DNA of 42,068 bases from Chiloscyllium plagiosum. Lineage: Eukaryota. The notes below the pieces were generated by a model that saw only the letters and a list, made by a program, of their open reading frames with translations, made no database searches and was not told the DNA's origin. A program made the translations under genes and the position numbers. Of the stretch, positions 10,735 to 23,668 are shown piece after piece (the first letter of the stretch is position 1; each line of letters begins with the position of its first letter). The stretch covers positions 2,364,384-2,406,451 of the forward strand of contig NC_057719.1 in NCBI RefSeq assembly GCF_004010195.1. The letters run 5' to 3'.

Positions 10735-11211
10735 GCTGAGGGAGTGCCGCACTGTTAGAGGGTCAGTGCTGAGGGAGTGCCGCACTGACAGAGGGTCAGT
10801 GCTGAGGGAGTGCCACGCTGTTGGAGGAACAGAACTGAGGGGGTGTCACACTGTTGGAGGGTCAGTGCTGAGGGAGAGCCGCACTGTTGGAGGGTCAGTA
10901 CTGAGGCAAGGCAGCACTTTCGTAGGATCACTGCTGAGGGAGTGCTGCACTGTTGGAGGGTCAGTGCTGAGGGAGTGCTGCACTGTCGGAGGGTCAGTGC
11001 TGAGGGAGTGCCGCACTGTTGGAGGGTCAGTACTGAGGCAAGGCAGCACTTTCGTAGGGTCAGTGCTGAGGGAGTGCTGCACTGTTGGAGGGTCAGTACT
11101 GAGGGAGTGCCGCACTGTCAGAGGGTCAGTGCTGAGGGAGCGCCGCGCTGTCGGAGGGTCAGTGCTGAGGGAGTGCCGCACTGACAGAGGTCAATGCTGA
11201 GGGAGTGCCGC
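10735..11211. repeat. 33-bp minisatellite running into an assembly gap
   Basis: Unit CTGAGGGAGTGCCGCACTGTCAGAGGGTCAGTG, ~14 copies. Confidence 0.95.
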
Positions 11212-11711
11212 NNNNNNNNNNNNNNNNNNNNNNNNNNNNNNNNNNNNNNNNNNNNNNNNNNNNNNNNNNNNNNNNNNNNNNNNNNNNNNNNNNNNNNNNN
11301 NNNNNNNNNNNNNNNNNNNNNNNNNNNNNNNNNNNNNNNNNNNNNNNNNNNNNNNNNNNNNNNNNNNNNNNNNNNNNNNNNNNNNNNNNNNNNNNNNNNN
11401 NNNNNNNNNNNNNNNNNNNNNNNNNNNNNNNNNNNNNNNNNNNNNNNNNNNNNNNNNNNNNNNNNNNNNNNNNNNNNNNNNNNNNNNNNNNNNNNNNNNN
11501 NNNNNNNNNNNNNNNNNNNNNNNNNNNNNNNNNNNNNNNNNNNNNNNNNNNNNNNNNNNNNNNNNNNNNNNNNNNNNNNNNNNNNNNNNNNNNNNNNNNN
11601 NNNNNNNNNNNNNNNNNNNNNNNNNNNNNNNNNNNNNNNNNNNNNNNNNNNNNNNNNNNNNNNNNNNNNNNNNNNNNNNNNNNNNNNNNNNNNNNNNNNN
11701 NNNNNNNNNNN
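11212..11711. other. Assembly gap (500 N)
   Basis: Run of N. Confidence 1.
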
Positions 11712-11967
11712 TCCTTCACTGTCACTGGGTCAGAATCCTGGAATTCCCTCCTTATTCGTGTTGTGGGTGATGGTGATACTGGACAAGTCAAATCACAGAG
11801 TGAAACCTCGGTAGATAGATCATCAGTTTAATGCTTGCAGTTGGCTCTGTGGTGGTTAATTACTGAATAAATTCACACAACTCTGCCAATGTTCTGTAAC
11901 AGAAAAACACAAGTTTATTACACAAAGTATCAAATAAAGGCTATATTTGGATATGAGACAATTTATG

Positions 11968-12092
11968 GGGAGAAAGTGAGGACTGCAGATGCTGGAGATC
12001 AGAGCTGAAAATGTGTTGCTGGAAAAGCGCAGCAGGTCAGGCAGCATCAAAGGAGCAGGAGAATCGACGTTTCGGGCATAAGCCCCTCTTCT
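11968..12092 (-). mobile_element. Penelope-like terminal repeat with hammerhead-like core
   Basis: Minus strand reads CAGAAGA-G-GGGCTTATGCCC-GAAA-CGTC-GATTCTCCTGCTCC; same family as 7194 and 41667. Confidence 0.85.
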
Positions 12093-12442
12093 GGTTTATT
12101 TCAACATAGCATCTCAGCTTGTTTCCCATACGTAAACCTAGAGAAATGTAACCTCCATCTCAACTCTTACATTCCTTATTTCACGAGCTCTGAAGGTTTC
12201 CTTCTTGGGCTGCAAAGACAATGTTCTGACTTCTTCCCAATTCTGTCTACTTGATCTTCCTTTTAGTTCGGGTGATGTGATACAAACTCTCACAGCTTGG
12301 AAACTTCACAAACTTTTTATCCTGAACTTAATTTCTGATTCGAGTGTTCTGAACAAGGGTCACGGGAACTGAAAAATTACCTCTGCGTTCTCTCCACGGC
12401 AGCTTCTTCTGATGAAGAATTGTACAGTTGTGATATTAAACT

Positions 12443-13310
12443 CCAATGAAACAGTCTTAGGCTTTTGTCAGTGAATCCCTCCAAAGAAAAACTCACAAAG
12501 TGCAGTGTTCTGTGCAAATGGCAATCTCTTCAGGGTATATCAGTTCTAAGAAGCTGAACAGGTATCAATGAAATGAATGAAGGAATTGTTTGTGATATTG
12601 GGTTCATCGCTGACAGAGTAAACAATTTAAGGTAAATAGTTTACTTCTGACTTCAGAAGAGAAGGTTCAAAGTTTGTTCAGAAGAATCTGGAGTTGTGTT
12701 CGGAAGATAGAGTTGTTTTCTCCTGGCAGGTGAACCAGTCCGTTCAGCAGAACAGCTTCACAGTCTGGGCAGTTTCTGACCCAGGAGAGTTTGGATAGAG
12801 ATCTTCAAATGGTTAGAACTGACAGAAGTTACACCATCAGAATTATGAAAGATTCATGGTATAAATCTCAGAAAGGCATCATAAATTTATCTCTATATTC
12901 AAGAAAAGAAAGAAACGAGTCAATGTCATCTAAGAAAAGACTTAACAAGTTTGGATAGACCTGATCTTTTTGGAACAATGGTATTGGGTAATAGGTTGAA
13001 ATTGTGTTTTGATGTTGTTTGTGTTAAGTTCATCCTTCTTGATGCCTGCCTCTATGAGAGAGAATGAGAGACAGAGAGAGAGGGAGAGACAGAGGGAGAG
13101 ATAGAGAAACAGAGAGAGAGAGAGTGTGGTTTGTTTTTCCTCTTCGTTTGGAAACAAACTTACATTTTGTGTTAAAGGACTTCAACAGCCCCATTTAAAC
13201 ATGTTTCAATAAGTTAACCAACTTCACAATTTAAATATATGACCAATCAAGCCTAGTTCAACTCTGGGATCTCACCAATCCAGAATGAACATCATCTGGG
13301 ATCTTACCCA
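12443..13310 (+). mobile_element. Possible solo LTR (Gypsy-like)
   Basis: Non-coding AT-rich block starting TGTGAT and ending CATCTGGGATCTTACCCA. No TSD could be confirmed. Confidence 0.3.
13055..13125. repeat. (GA)n-rich microsatellite
   Basis: GAGAGAGAATGAGAGACAGAGAGAG... Confidence 0.9.
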
Positions 13311-13544
13311 AATCAATTCTGAAGATCGACAGTTCGGGCAGTAGGAGGAACTGAAAAGGAAAATACAAACTGACAAAATAGGTTTCCCTGCAATTGCAGT
13401 CTGCATTAACCGTTTGGGATATATAGATGTCATGATGTGATTGGATGAGACAGTCATCTTATTAGCTTGGAATGTGAGCTATGCAAATACAATTGGGGGT
13501 ACACAGGGTGGTAAAAAGGTGTAATGTGTGATTGAAAGTTTCAG

Positions 13545-13905
13545 ATAGAGTCATAAAGTCATAGAGGTGTACAGCATGGAAACAAACTCTTCAGTCCAAC
13601 TCGTCCATGCCGACCAGATTTCCTAAATTAATCTAGTTGCATTTACCAGCACTTGGCCCATATCCCTCCAAACCCTTCCTATTCATATACCCATCCAGAT
13701 GTGTTTTAAATGTTGCAATTGTACCAGCCTCCACCACATCCTCTGGCAGCTCATTCCATACACGTACCACTCTCTGTGTGAAAAAGTTGCCCCTTAGGTC
13801 TCTTTTATATCTTTCCCCTCTCACCCTAAACCTACGCCCTCCAGTTCTGGACTCCCCAACCCCAGGGAAAAGACTTTGTCTATTTATCCTATCCATGCCC
13901 CCTTC
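13545..13905 (-). mobile_element. CR1-type LINE 3' fragment
   Basis: ORF 13633-13911 reads FFTQRVVRVWNELPEDVV, with a CTATGACT tail. Confidence 0.95.
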
Positions 13906-14309
13906 ATGCAATTTGCTTTAAGGAACCCAAGGTCATGAAAGGTGCTACAGAAATTGAAGGTCATTCTCTCTTGTATCCTGGCTGCATAAACCTCCAGATA
14001 TTAAATCTGCATAACCATTCTCTGCTCATAGTTCCTTGTACCAGAACAATATTTGCTTAGTCTCAAATGATATCCGACAGGACTGACAGATTTCTCTACA
14101 TCTCTTTGCCTCACCAGTCTATTGCCGACTGAATTCCAACATTGAATCGAGCAGCTTTAGATCACAACCTCTTCCCAGGATAAACATAAGGAACTGCAAA
14201 TTCTGGAAATCTGAAACAAAACCAGGAAGTGCTGGAGAAACACTTTGGTGTGAAAAAGACTTTCCAATTTGTTCTCCTGAACCTTTTCTCTCATTTGTTT
14301 CATTCCTGA

Positions 14310-14550
14310 AGGCAGGTGATGGCCTTGCGTGAGTATCTCTGGACTGTTAACCCAGAGACCCAGCTAATGTTCTGGGGACCCAGGTTCAAGGCAGATGGTG
14401 GAATTTGAATTCAATATACAATCTAGAATTAAGACTCTAATGATGACCGTTCCTGATTGCTAGGAAAATCCCATTTGGATCAATAATGTCTTTTAGGGAG
14501 GGAAACTGCCCTCCTTACCTGGTTTGGCCTACATGTGACTCCTGACCAAT
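14310..14550 (+). mobile_element. tRNA-derived shark SINE (3'-truncated)
   Basis: GGACTGTTAACCCAGAGACCCAGCTAATGTTCTGGGGACCCAGGTTCAA head; homologous to 4955-5300. Confidence 0.8.
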
Positions 14551-15029
14551 CCGTAAAAAATTACTGTGGCACATTTGTCATTGCAGTAAACTTTGAGTTG
14601 TATGCCATGGTCTTGATGTTTACATATCCCGTGCAGGCAAGTAAACATGTTTAAACAGAGGAACGGAGTCGTGTCTGATCTAAGAGGCAACGCAGGGTTA
14701 AACTCACCTTTGAATCCCTTCTATAGGGATGTGCTGCACTGTTCCAACAAAGACTTCATTCTTTACTCAGTCACTCAGAAATCTAACTGTATACTGTGGG
14801 ATTGGTTTGCAATCTCCTCCAATCAATACTCTCTTATCATTAGTCTCTCAGCATCAGGGACTGACTTGGTCCAGTGTCTCTCAATATCATCCTTGGTTGA
14901 AACCTTGCTGGAAGGAGAATTGGAGGTTGAAGACTTTCATCTCGCACTCATCAAAACGAGGAAGTTGCAAACACACTGACACCCTCAGGAGGCTGCTGGT
15001 GAGCTGCCATCTTGAAGCATGATATTTTT

Positions 15030-16030
15030 CACAGCCCCATTCTCCTGCCTTCCCCCTTAACCTTTGACCCCCTTCCCAATCGAGAACCTACCTGTCTCTG
15101 TCTTAAATACACTCAATGACTTGGTCTCCATGCCCCTCTCTGGTAATGAGTTCTCCAGATTCCCAATTCTCTGGCTGAAGAAATTCCTTCTCATCCCATT
15201 CCTGAGGCTTGTCCATTCAGTCTGAGGCTGTGTCCTCGGGTCCTAGTCTCCCTTACTATTGGAAACATCTTCTCTACGTCCGCTCCATTCAGAGCTCTCA
15301 GTATTCTGTGAGTTTTAATCAGATATCCCCTCATCCTTCTAAACTCCATCAGGTACAGACCCAGGATCCTCAACCATTCCTCATACGACAAGCTCTTCAT
15401 CCCCAGGATCACTCTTGTGAACCTTCTCTGGATCCCCCTCCAACACCTACACATCCTTCCTTAGATACGGGGCCCAACCCTGCTCACAATATTCCAAGTA
15501 CCTACTCAGTTCCTCTGCCATTTCTTTGTTCCCCATTACCATTTCTCCAGTCTCATTTTCCAGTGCCTCCCTCTTCCCTTTTATATGTCTAAAAAATACT
15601 CTCGCAATCTTCTTTCATATTACAAGCTAGATTACTCTCACATTACATCTTTTCCTCCCACATTGCTTTTTGCAGTTATTCTCTGGCTGGTCTTTAAAGG
15701 TTTCCCAACCCTCTGATTTCTTCACCACATTGTGTGCTCTTTCTTTTGCTTTTATGCTGTCCCTGACCTCCCTTGTCAGCGTTGGTTGCCTTATCCTCCC
15801 GTTAACATATTTCTTCTTCCTTGGGATGGGTTTCTGCTCTGTCTCCTGAATTACCCCCAGGAACTCCTGCTGTTGCTGCTCCACCATCTTCCCTGGTGGT
15901 GCATGTATGGAATGAGCTGCCAGAGGAGGTGGTAGATGCTGGTACAATTAGAGTCATAGAGTCATAGAGATGTACAACACAGAAACAGACCCTTCGGCCC
16001 GACTTGTTCATGCCGAGCAGGTATCCTAAA
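15030..16030 (-). mobile_element. Cluster of CR1 fragments (mostly minus strand; short plus piece at 15895-15950)
   Basis: ORF 15191-15454 reads QRRFTRVILGMKSLSYEEWLRILGLY; a mid-ORF2 fragment lies at 15500-15890 and a tail at 15950-16030. Confidence 0.85.
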
Positions 16031-17190
16031 GTGACTGGTTTCTTTTCTTTTTCAGTTTCTCAGTAGTCTCAGGAATTCAGAACAGTGGGAATGGCGGTTA
16101 CGGCAGTTGAATGTTCCTCCTGCAGAATGTGGGAGGTAAGGATGACCACTAGTGTCCCTGCTGACTGCATCAACGGGAAGTGACCCCAACTCCAGCTCCT
16201 CGAAAACAGCGTGAGGGAACTGGGGCAGGAGCTGGATGAACTTCGGGAGGTAGGGGGGTTATTGAGAGGAGTTACAGGGAGGTAGTCTCACCTCAGGTAC
16301 AGGAAGAAGATTACCATCGGGGACAGAGAGGGAACCGTCAGGCAGTGCGGGGAACCTATGTGGCCGTTCCCCTTAATAACAGGTATACCCTTTTGGCTAA
16401 TGTTGGGGGGGGGTGGGGGCGACTTACCAGGGGTAAGCCATTGGGTACCAGTCTCTGGCACAAAGTCTGTCCCTGTTGCTCAGAAGGGAAGAGGGGGAGA
16501 AGAGCAGAGCATTAATCATTGGGGATTCCATAGTTAGGGGACAGACAGGAAGTTCTGTGGGGACGAGAGAGACCCATGGTTGGTGTGTTGCCTCCCAGGT
16601 GCCAGGGCTTGTGATGTCTCGGATCGTATTTTCAGGATCCTTGAGGGGGAAGGGGAGCAGTCCCAAGTCATTGTCCACATAGACACTAATGACACAGGCA
16701 GGAAAAGGGATGGGGATTTAAGGCAGAAATTCAGGGAGCTAGGTTGGAGCTTAGAGCTAGAAGAAACAGAGTTGTTATCCCTGGTTTGTTGCCCGTGCTA
16801 GTGAGGTGAGGAATAGGGAGAGAGAGGAGTTGAACATGTGGCTGCAGGGATGGTGCAGGAGGGAGGGTTATGGATTCCTGGATAATTGGGGCTCATTCTG
16901 GGGAAGGTGGGACCGCTATAAACAGGATGGTCCACACCTGAACCAGAGGGGTACCAATATCCTGGAGGGGAAATTTGCTAATGCTCTTCGGGTGGGTTTA
17001 AACTAATTCAGCAGGGGGAAGGGAACGCAAATTGTAGTTTGAGTATACGGGAGGATGAGAGTAGTGAAGTTAGAACTGGGATTTCAAGGTTGCAAGAAGG
17101 CACTGGCAAGCAGGAGGTTGGTTTGAAGTGTGTCTACTTCAATGCCAAGGGCATCCAGAATGAGGTGGGTGAACGTGCAGCATGGGACAC
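16030..17190 (+). mobile_element. CR1 LINE 5' part: degenerate ORF1 (Cys-rich/zipper plus SGNH esterase) and start of ORF2 endonuclease
   Basis: MAVTAVECSSCRMWE at 16092, then ALIIGDSIVRG, CCLPGAR, VIVHIDTND and DGPHLN motifs; LKCVYFNAKGI near 17125. Frameshifted. Confidence 0.9.
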
Positions 17191-17191
17191 C

Positions 17192-19570
17192 GAATTGACA
17201 AATTAACATCTAGCAAGTAATGTTCGTGCCACACAAATACCAGGCAATGGCCATCTCCAATAAAAGACAATCTAATCACTGCCCCTTGACATTCAATGGT
17301 GTTCCCATCACTGAATCTCCCAGTATTAACATCCATGGGGTTACTGTTGACCAGAAACTCAACTGGACTAGCCATCTAAATACAGTGACTACAAGAGCAG
17401 GCCAGAGATGAGGAATCCTGCGGAGAGTAACTCACCTCCTGACTCCCCAAAGCCTGTCCACCATCTACACGGCACAAGTCAGGAGTGGGATGGAATTCTC
17501 CCCACTTGCCCTGGGTAGGGGCAGCCCCAACAATAATCAAGAAACTCGACACCATCCAGGGACAAAGCAGCTGTTTGATTGGCACCACATCAATGGAATA
17601 ATATCGGAAGAGTAGGACCGGTCTTAAACGAGGAATCAAGTGGGCTAAAAGGGATCATGAAATAGCTTCAGTGAGCAGAATTAAGAAGAATCCCAAAGCC
17701 TTTTATTCTTATATAAGAAGCAAGCGGGTAACGAGAGAAAGGATTGGTCCACTAAAGGATAACGAAGGAAGGCTGTGTGCCGAACCTGAGAGAATAGGTG
17801 AGAATCTGAATTATTACTTTGCATCAGTGTTCACTGAGGAGAGGGACAAGATGAAAGTTGAGATTAGAGATAGAAGTTTGATTACTCCGGATCACATTGG
17901 CATAAGTAGGGAAGATGTGTTGGGTATGCTAGAGGTTATTAAGGTGGACAAATCCCCAGGACCGGATGGGATCTATCCCAGGTTGCTGAGGGAGGTGAGA
18001 GACGAAATAGCTGGGGCCCTGACAGATAGCTTTGTGGCATCCTTAAATACCGGTGAGGTGCCGGAGGACTGGAAGGTTGCTCATGTTGTCCCCCTGTACA
18101 AGAAGGGTAGTAGGGATATTCCGGGTAACTATAGACCAGTGAGCCTGACGTCAGTGGTGGGAAAGTTACTGGACAAGGTACTGAGTGATAAAATCTATTT
18201 ATATTTGGAAAATAATGGACTTATCAGTGATAGGCAACATGGTTTTGTACAGGGTAGATCGTGCCTTACCAAGTTAATAGAGTTCTTTGAGGAAGTGACC
18301 AAGTTAATAGATGAAGGAAGGGCTGTTGATATCATATACATGGACTTTAGTAAGGCGTTTGATAAGGTTCCCCATGGTAGACTAATGGAGAAAGTGCAGT
18401 CAATGGTGTGCAGGGTGTTCTAGCCAGGTGGATAAAGAACTACTTGAACAACAGGAGACAGAGAGTAGTAGTTGAAGGGAGTTTCTCGAAATGGAGAAAG
18501 GTGACCAGTGGTGTTCCACAGGGGTCAGTGTTGGGGTCACTGTTGTTTGTAATATACATAAATGATCTGGAAGAGGGCACGATCTGGGAGTTCAGATCCA
18601 TTGTACCCTGAAGGTTGCTGCACGGGTGGATAGAGTGGTCAAGAAGGCATATGGTATGCTTGCCTTCATCGGACGGGGTATTGAGTATAAGAGCTGGCAA
18701 GTCATGTTAAAAATGTACAAGACATTGGTTCGGCCGCATTTAGAATACTGTGTACAGTTCTGGTCACCACATTACCAAAAGGATGTGGACGCTGTGGAGA
18801 GGGTGCAGAGATGGTTTTTGAGGATGTTGCCTGGTATGGAAGGTGCTAGCTATGAAGAGAGGTTGAGGAGGTTAGGATTATTTTCATTAGAAAAAAGGAG
18901 ATTGAGGGGGGACCTGATTGAGGTTTACAAAATCATGAAGGGTATAGACAGAGTAGATAGAGACAAGCTTTTTCCCAGGGTGAGGGATTCAATAATGTGA
19001 GGTCAGGCTTTCAAGGTGAGAGGTGGAAAGTTAAAGGGGGATACACGTGGAAAGTACTTTACACAGAGGGTAGTGGGCGTTTGGAACACGTTGCCAGCAG
19101 AGGTGGTAGAGGCAGGCACGATAGATTCATTTAAGATGCATCTGGACAGATGATTGAGTAGATGGGGAGCAGAGGGATACAGATGCTTAGAAATTTGGTG
19201 ACAGATTTAGACAGTAGATTTGGATCGGCTCAGGCTTGGAGGGCCGAAGGGCCTGTTCCTGGGCTGTAAGTTTTCTTTGTTCTTTCTTTGTTTATCCACC
19301 AACACCCACTCCCTCCATCACCGCACTCAGTAGCAGCAGTGTGTACCATCTACAAGATGCACTGCAGAAACTCACCAGAGATCCTCAGACAGAGCGTAGA
19401 GTTCTGGAACCCTGGACATCTCTCCCTAAGGGCATTGTGGGTCTACCTACAGCATATGGACTGCAGCGGTTCAAGAAGGCAGCTCACCCCTACCTTCTCA
19501 AGGGGCAACTAGGGACGGGTAATAAATGCTGGGCCCAGCCAGCGATGTCCATGTCCACTGAACGAATAAA
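17192..19570 (+). mobile_element. 3' fragment of second LINE family (CR1/L2 superclade), split by a CR1 insertion
   Basis: WQVMFVPHKYQAMAISNKR...LIGTTS at 17192-17593 resumes at 19292 (HSLHHRTQ...YKMHCRN) and runs to the tail at 19500-19570. Confidence 0.8.
17594..19291 (+). mobile_element. CR1 LINE ORF2 (RT) fragment, nested insertion
   Basis: ORFs 17671-18423, 18408-18611 and 18626-19000 carry KSPGPDG, NYRPVSLTS, QHGF, DFSKAFDKV and [16 protein letters not shown] tail. Confidence 0.95.
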
Positions 19571-19749
19571 TGATAATAATTACCACACAGAACGAGTCGT
19601 CTGGCCCAACGCGTCCATGTTAACTAAAACCACCCAAACCCTCCAGTGGCCCACTATCACCTCACCCTCTCAGGGTGACTGTTCCTTCCTGCCTCAGTGA
19701 CCTATCTAACTTCTCCATGAATGCATCTAGACTGTTTGATTCAGCTTTC

Positions 19750-19835
19750 GTTAAAATCAGAACATATTGGAGAAACTCAGCAGCTCTGGCAGTTTTGTGG
19801 AGAGAGAAACCGAGTTCACCTTCTGAATCAAACAT
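19750..19835 (-). mobile_element. Decayed Penelope-like terminal-repeat fragment
   Basis: TGGAGAAACTCAGCAGCTCTGGCAG...GAGAGAGAAACCGAGTT is homologous to 680-765. Confidence 0.6.
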
Positions 19836-19964
19836 GACCAAAGTTCCAGTCACAGTCAGGAGTTCTCAGCATAGTAACAACTTCTTGATTGGTTCCTGGG
19901 TGAGAGCTGTCGCTCTGTGTTTAAACAATACACAGAAACATCCAGCCTGTGAAAGAAAAAAACC

Positions 19965-20565
19965 TCTTCCCCACCTCTCTCTCTCTTTCTCTTTCTCTCT
20001 GCCTCTCTCTCTATCCTCTCATTCTCTCTCCCCCCCTTCTCCCTCCTCTCCCTCTCTCTCTTTCTCTTTCTTTCTCNNNNNNNNNNNNNNNNNNNNNNNN
20101 NNNNNNNNNNNNNNNNNNNNNNNNNNNNNNNNNNNNNNNNNNNNNNNNNNNNNNNNNNNNNNNNNNNNNNNNNNNNNNNNNNNNNNNNNNNNNNNNNNNN
20201 NNNNNNNNNNNNNNNNNNNNNNNNNNNNNNNNNNNNNNNNNNNNNNNNNNNNNNNNNNNNNNNNNNNNNNNNNNNNNNNNNNNNNNNNNNNNNNNNNNNN
20301 NNNNNNNNNNNNNNNNNNNNNNNNNNNNNNNNNNNNNNNNNNNNNNNNNNNNNNNNNNNNNNNNNNNNNNNNNNNNNNNNNNNNNNNNNNNNNNNNNNNN
20401 NNNNNNNNNNNNNNNNNNNNNNNNNNNNNNNNNNNNNNNNNNNNNNNNNNNTCACTCTCTCTCTCTGGCCTGTCTGTTTTTCTCTCCCTTAGCCCACTCC
20501 TCCTCTCTCTCTCTCTCCCTCTCTCCCTCTTTCTCTCCCCCTCTCTCTCTGTCTCTCCCCCTCGT
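19965..20565. repeat. (CT)-rich low-complexity tract spanning assembly gap 20077-20451
   Basis: Polypyrimidine on both sides of the N-run. Confidence 0.9.
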
Positions 20566-20567
20566 TG

Positions 20568-20703
20568 GTCATAGAGTCAGAGCCATACTGAATGAAAATA
20601 AACCCTTTGGTCAAACTCCTCCATGCCAACCAGTCATCCCAATCTGACCATGTCCCGTTTGCCAGCATTAGGCCTATATCCCTCTAAACCTTTCCTATTC
20701 TTC
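20568..20703 (-). mobile_element. CR1 3' tail fragment
   Basis: Homologous to 13545-13690. Confidence 0.75.
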
Positions 20704-21113
20704 ACTGTAATTGGAGTTGCATCCATCTATGCAAGGGGGGAGTATTCCCTCACACTCCTGACTTGCGCTTTCTGGCTTTGGGGAGTCAGGAGGTGAGTTA
20801 CTCACCACAGGATTCCTAGCCTCTGACTGCTCTTGTAGCCATTGTATTTATGTGGGGAGTCCAGTTGAGTTTCTCGTTAATGGTAATCTGAAGGACGTTG
20901 TTAATAGGGGATTCAGTGATGGTTATTAGAGATGGACATTTGTGTGGTGTAAATGTTACTTGCCACCTGTCAGCCCAAGCCTGGATATTGTCCAGATCTT
21001 GTTGCATTTGAGCAGGGACTGCTTCAGTATCTGAGTGGTGCTGAACATTGTGCAATCATCGGTGAGCATTATGATGGAGGGAAGGTCATTGATGAAGCAG
21101 CTGAAAGTGATTG

Positions 21114-23668
21114 AGAAATTCTAAGAGTAGAAAGACCCTAATGGGAGTTTACCCACAGGCCCCCAAACAGTAGCCTGGATGTAGGGTGTAAGTTGAATCA
21201 GGAGCTGAAATTGGCCTGTCACAAAGGTATTACTACAGTTGTTATGGGGGATTTCAACATGCAGGTAGACTGGGAGAATCAGGATGGTACTGGAGCTCAA
21301 GAAATAGAGATTGTGGAGTGCCTCTGAGGTGGATCCTTAGAACAGCTTGTACTGGAGCCTACCAGGGAGAAAGCAATTCTGGATCTGGTGTTGTGCAATG
21401 AACCGGATTGCATCAGAGACCTCGAAGTGAAGAAGCCATTAGGAGGGAGTGGCCATAATATGAGAAGTTTTAGTCTGCACTTTGAGAGGGAGAAGGGAGA
21501 ATCTGAAGTGTCAGTATTGCAGTTGAACAAAGGGAACTATGGAGCGATGAGGGAGGAGCTGGCCAAAGTTCAATGGTGCAATACCCTAGCAGGGATGGCA
21601 GTGGAGCAACAATGGGAGGTATTTCTGGATTATAATGCAGAAGGTACAGGATCAGTTCATTCCAAAGAGGAAGGAAGATCCTAAGGGGAGGCAGGGTGGC
21701 CATGGCTGAGAGGGAAGTTAAGGACTATATAAAGATAAAAGAGAAGTGCAACATAGCAAAGATGAGCAGGAAGCCGGAGGACTGGGAAACTTTTAAAGAG
21801 CAACAGAGGATAAGTACAAAGGCAGTACGCAGAAAAATAATGAGATATGAAGGCAAACTGGGCAGAAATATAAAGGAGGATAGTAAAAGTTTTTTAGGTA
21901 TGTGAAAAGAAAAGAATGGATAAGACTAAAATTGGGCCCTTGAAGACAGAAACAGATGAATTTATTACGGGGAACAAGGTAAGGCAGAAAAGTTGAATTG
22001 GTACTTTAGATCTGTCTTCACTGGGGAAGACCCAAGCAATCTCCCAGATGTAACAGTGGCTAAAGGACCCAGGGTAATGGATGAACTGAAGGGAATTTAT
22101 ATTTGGCAGGAAATGGTTTTGGAGAGACTGTTAGGTCTGAAGGTTGATAAGTCCCTGGGACCTGATGGTCTACATCCCAGGGTACTGAAGGAGGTGGCTC
22201 GAGAAATCGTGGATGCATTGGTGATCATTTTCCAATGTTCTATCAATTCAGGATCAGTTCCTGCGGATTGGAGGGTGGCTAATGTTATCCCACCTTTCAA
22301 GAAAGGAGGGAGAGAGAAAACAGGGAATTATACACCGGTTAGCCTGACTCAGTGGTTGGAAAGATGATGGAGTCAATTATAAAGGATGAAATTATGACAC
22401 ATCTGGATAGTAGTAACAGGATAGGTCAGAGTCAGCATGGATTTATGAAGGGGAAATCATGCTTGACTAATCTTCTGGAATTTTTTGAGGATGTAACTAT
22501 GAAGATGGACAAGGGAAATCCAGTAGTATACCTGGACTTTCAGAAAGCCTTTGATAAAGTCCCACATAGGAGGTTAGTGAGCAAAATTAGGGCGCACATA
22601 GGGGACAAAATACTGATTTGGGTTGAAATTGGTTGGCTGACAGGAAGCAACAGAGTAGTGATAAACGGCTCCCTTTCGGAATGGCAGGCGGTGACCAGTG
22701 GGGTACCACAGGGATCAGTGCTGGGACTGCAGCTGTTTGCAATATACATTAATGATATAGATGAAGGTATTAAAAGTAATATTAGCAAATTTGCTGCTGA
22801 CACAAAGCTGGGTGGCAGGGTGAAATGTGAGGAGGATGTTAGGAGATTACAGGGTGACCTGGACAGGTTAGGTGAGTGGACAGATGCATGGCAGATGCAG
22901 TTTAATGTGGATAAATGTGTGGTTATCCACTTTGGTGGAAAGAACAGGAAGGCAGATTACTACCTAAATGGAGTCAAGTTAGGTAAAGGGGCAGTACAGA
23001 GAGATCTAGGTGTTCTTGTACATCAGCCAATGAAAGCAAGCATGCAGGTACAGCAGGTAGTGAAGAAAGCTAATAGCATGCTGGCCTTCATAACAAAGAG
23101 ATCCTTCTGCAGATGTCCAGAGCTCTGGTGAGACCACACATGGGGTATTGTGGGAAGTTTTGGTCTCCAAATTTGAGGAAGGACATTCTGACCAATGAGG
23201 GAGTGCAGTGTAGGTTCACAAGGTCAATTCTCAGAATAGCGGGACTATCATATGTTGAAAGGTTGGAGCGACTGGGCTTGTATGCACTTGAGTTTAGAAG
23301 GATGAGAGGGGATCTGATTGAGACGTATAAGTTGGACACTCTGGAGGCAGGAAGCATGTTTCTGTTGATGGCTGAGACCAGAACCAGAGGACACAGTTTA
23401 AAAATAATTTACAACAGAGATGAGGAGAAACTTCTTCACCCAGAGAGTGGTGGGTGTATGGAATGCTCTGCCCCAGAAGGCAGTGGAGGCCCAGTCTCTG
23501 GATATTTTTAACAAAGAGTTGGATAGAGCTCTTAAGGATAATGGAATCAAGGGTTATGGGGATAAGGCAGGAACTGGATACTGATTGAGGATGATCAGCC
23601 ATGATCATAATGAATGGTGGTGCAGGCTCAATGGGACAACTGGCCTATACCTGCACCTATTGTCTATT
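21114..23668 (+). mobile_element. CR1 LINE ORF2 (end of APE endonuclease plus RT plus 3' tail), frameshifted
   Basis: VMGDFN and ILDLVLCNEP (endonuclease); [19 protein letters not shown] and KFAADTKLGG (RT); tail ends ~23668. Confidence 0.95.

Noticed and set aside
10700..11200. Cys-rich 11-aa repeat protein (GGSVLRECRTV)n
   Set aside because: It is the translation of a 33-bp minisatellite, open in several frames and on both strands.
12345..12420. Additional hammerhead motif (CTGAACAAGGGTC...GAAA; CTGATGAAG)
   Set aside because: The core boxes are mutated or not followed by stem II and GAAA; at most a decayed terminal-repeat remnant.
16476..17006. Host SGNH/GDSL esterase gene
   Set aside because: It is frameshifted and followed by the CR1 ORF2 start; this is the CR1 ORF1 esterase domain.
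19675..20647. Long ORFs across CT tracts and gaps (also 11159-11831, 27548-28589, 35315-35839)
   Set aside because: They are artefacts of N-runs and polypyrimidine low complexity.
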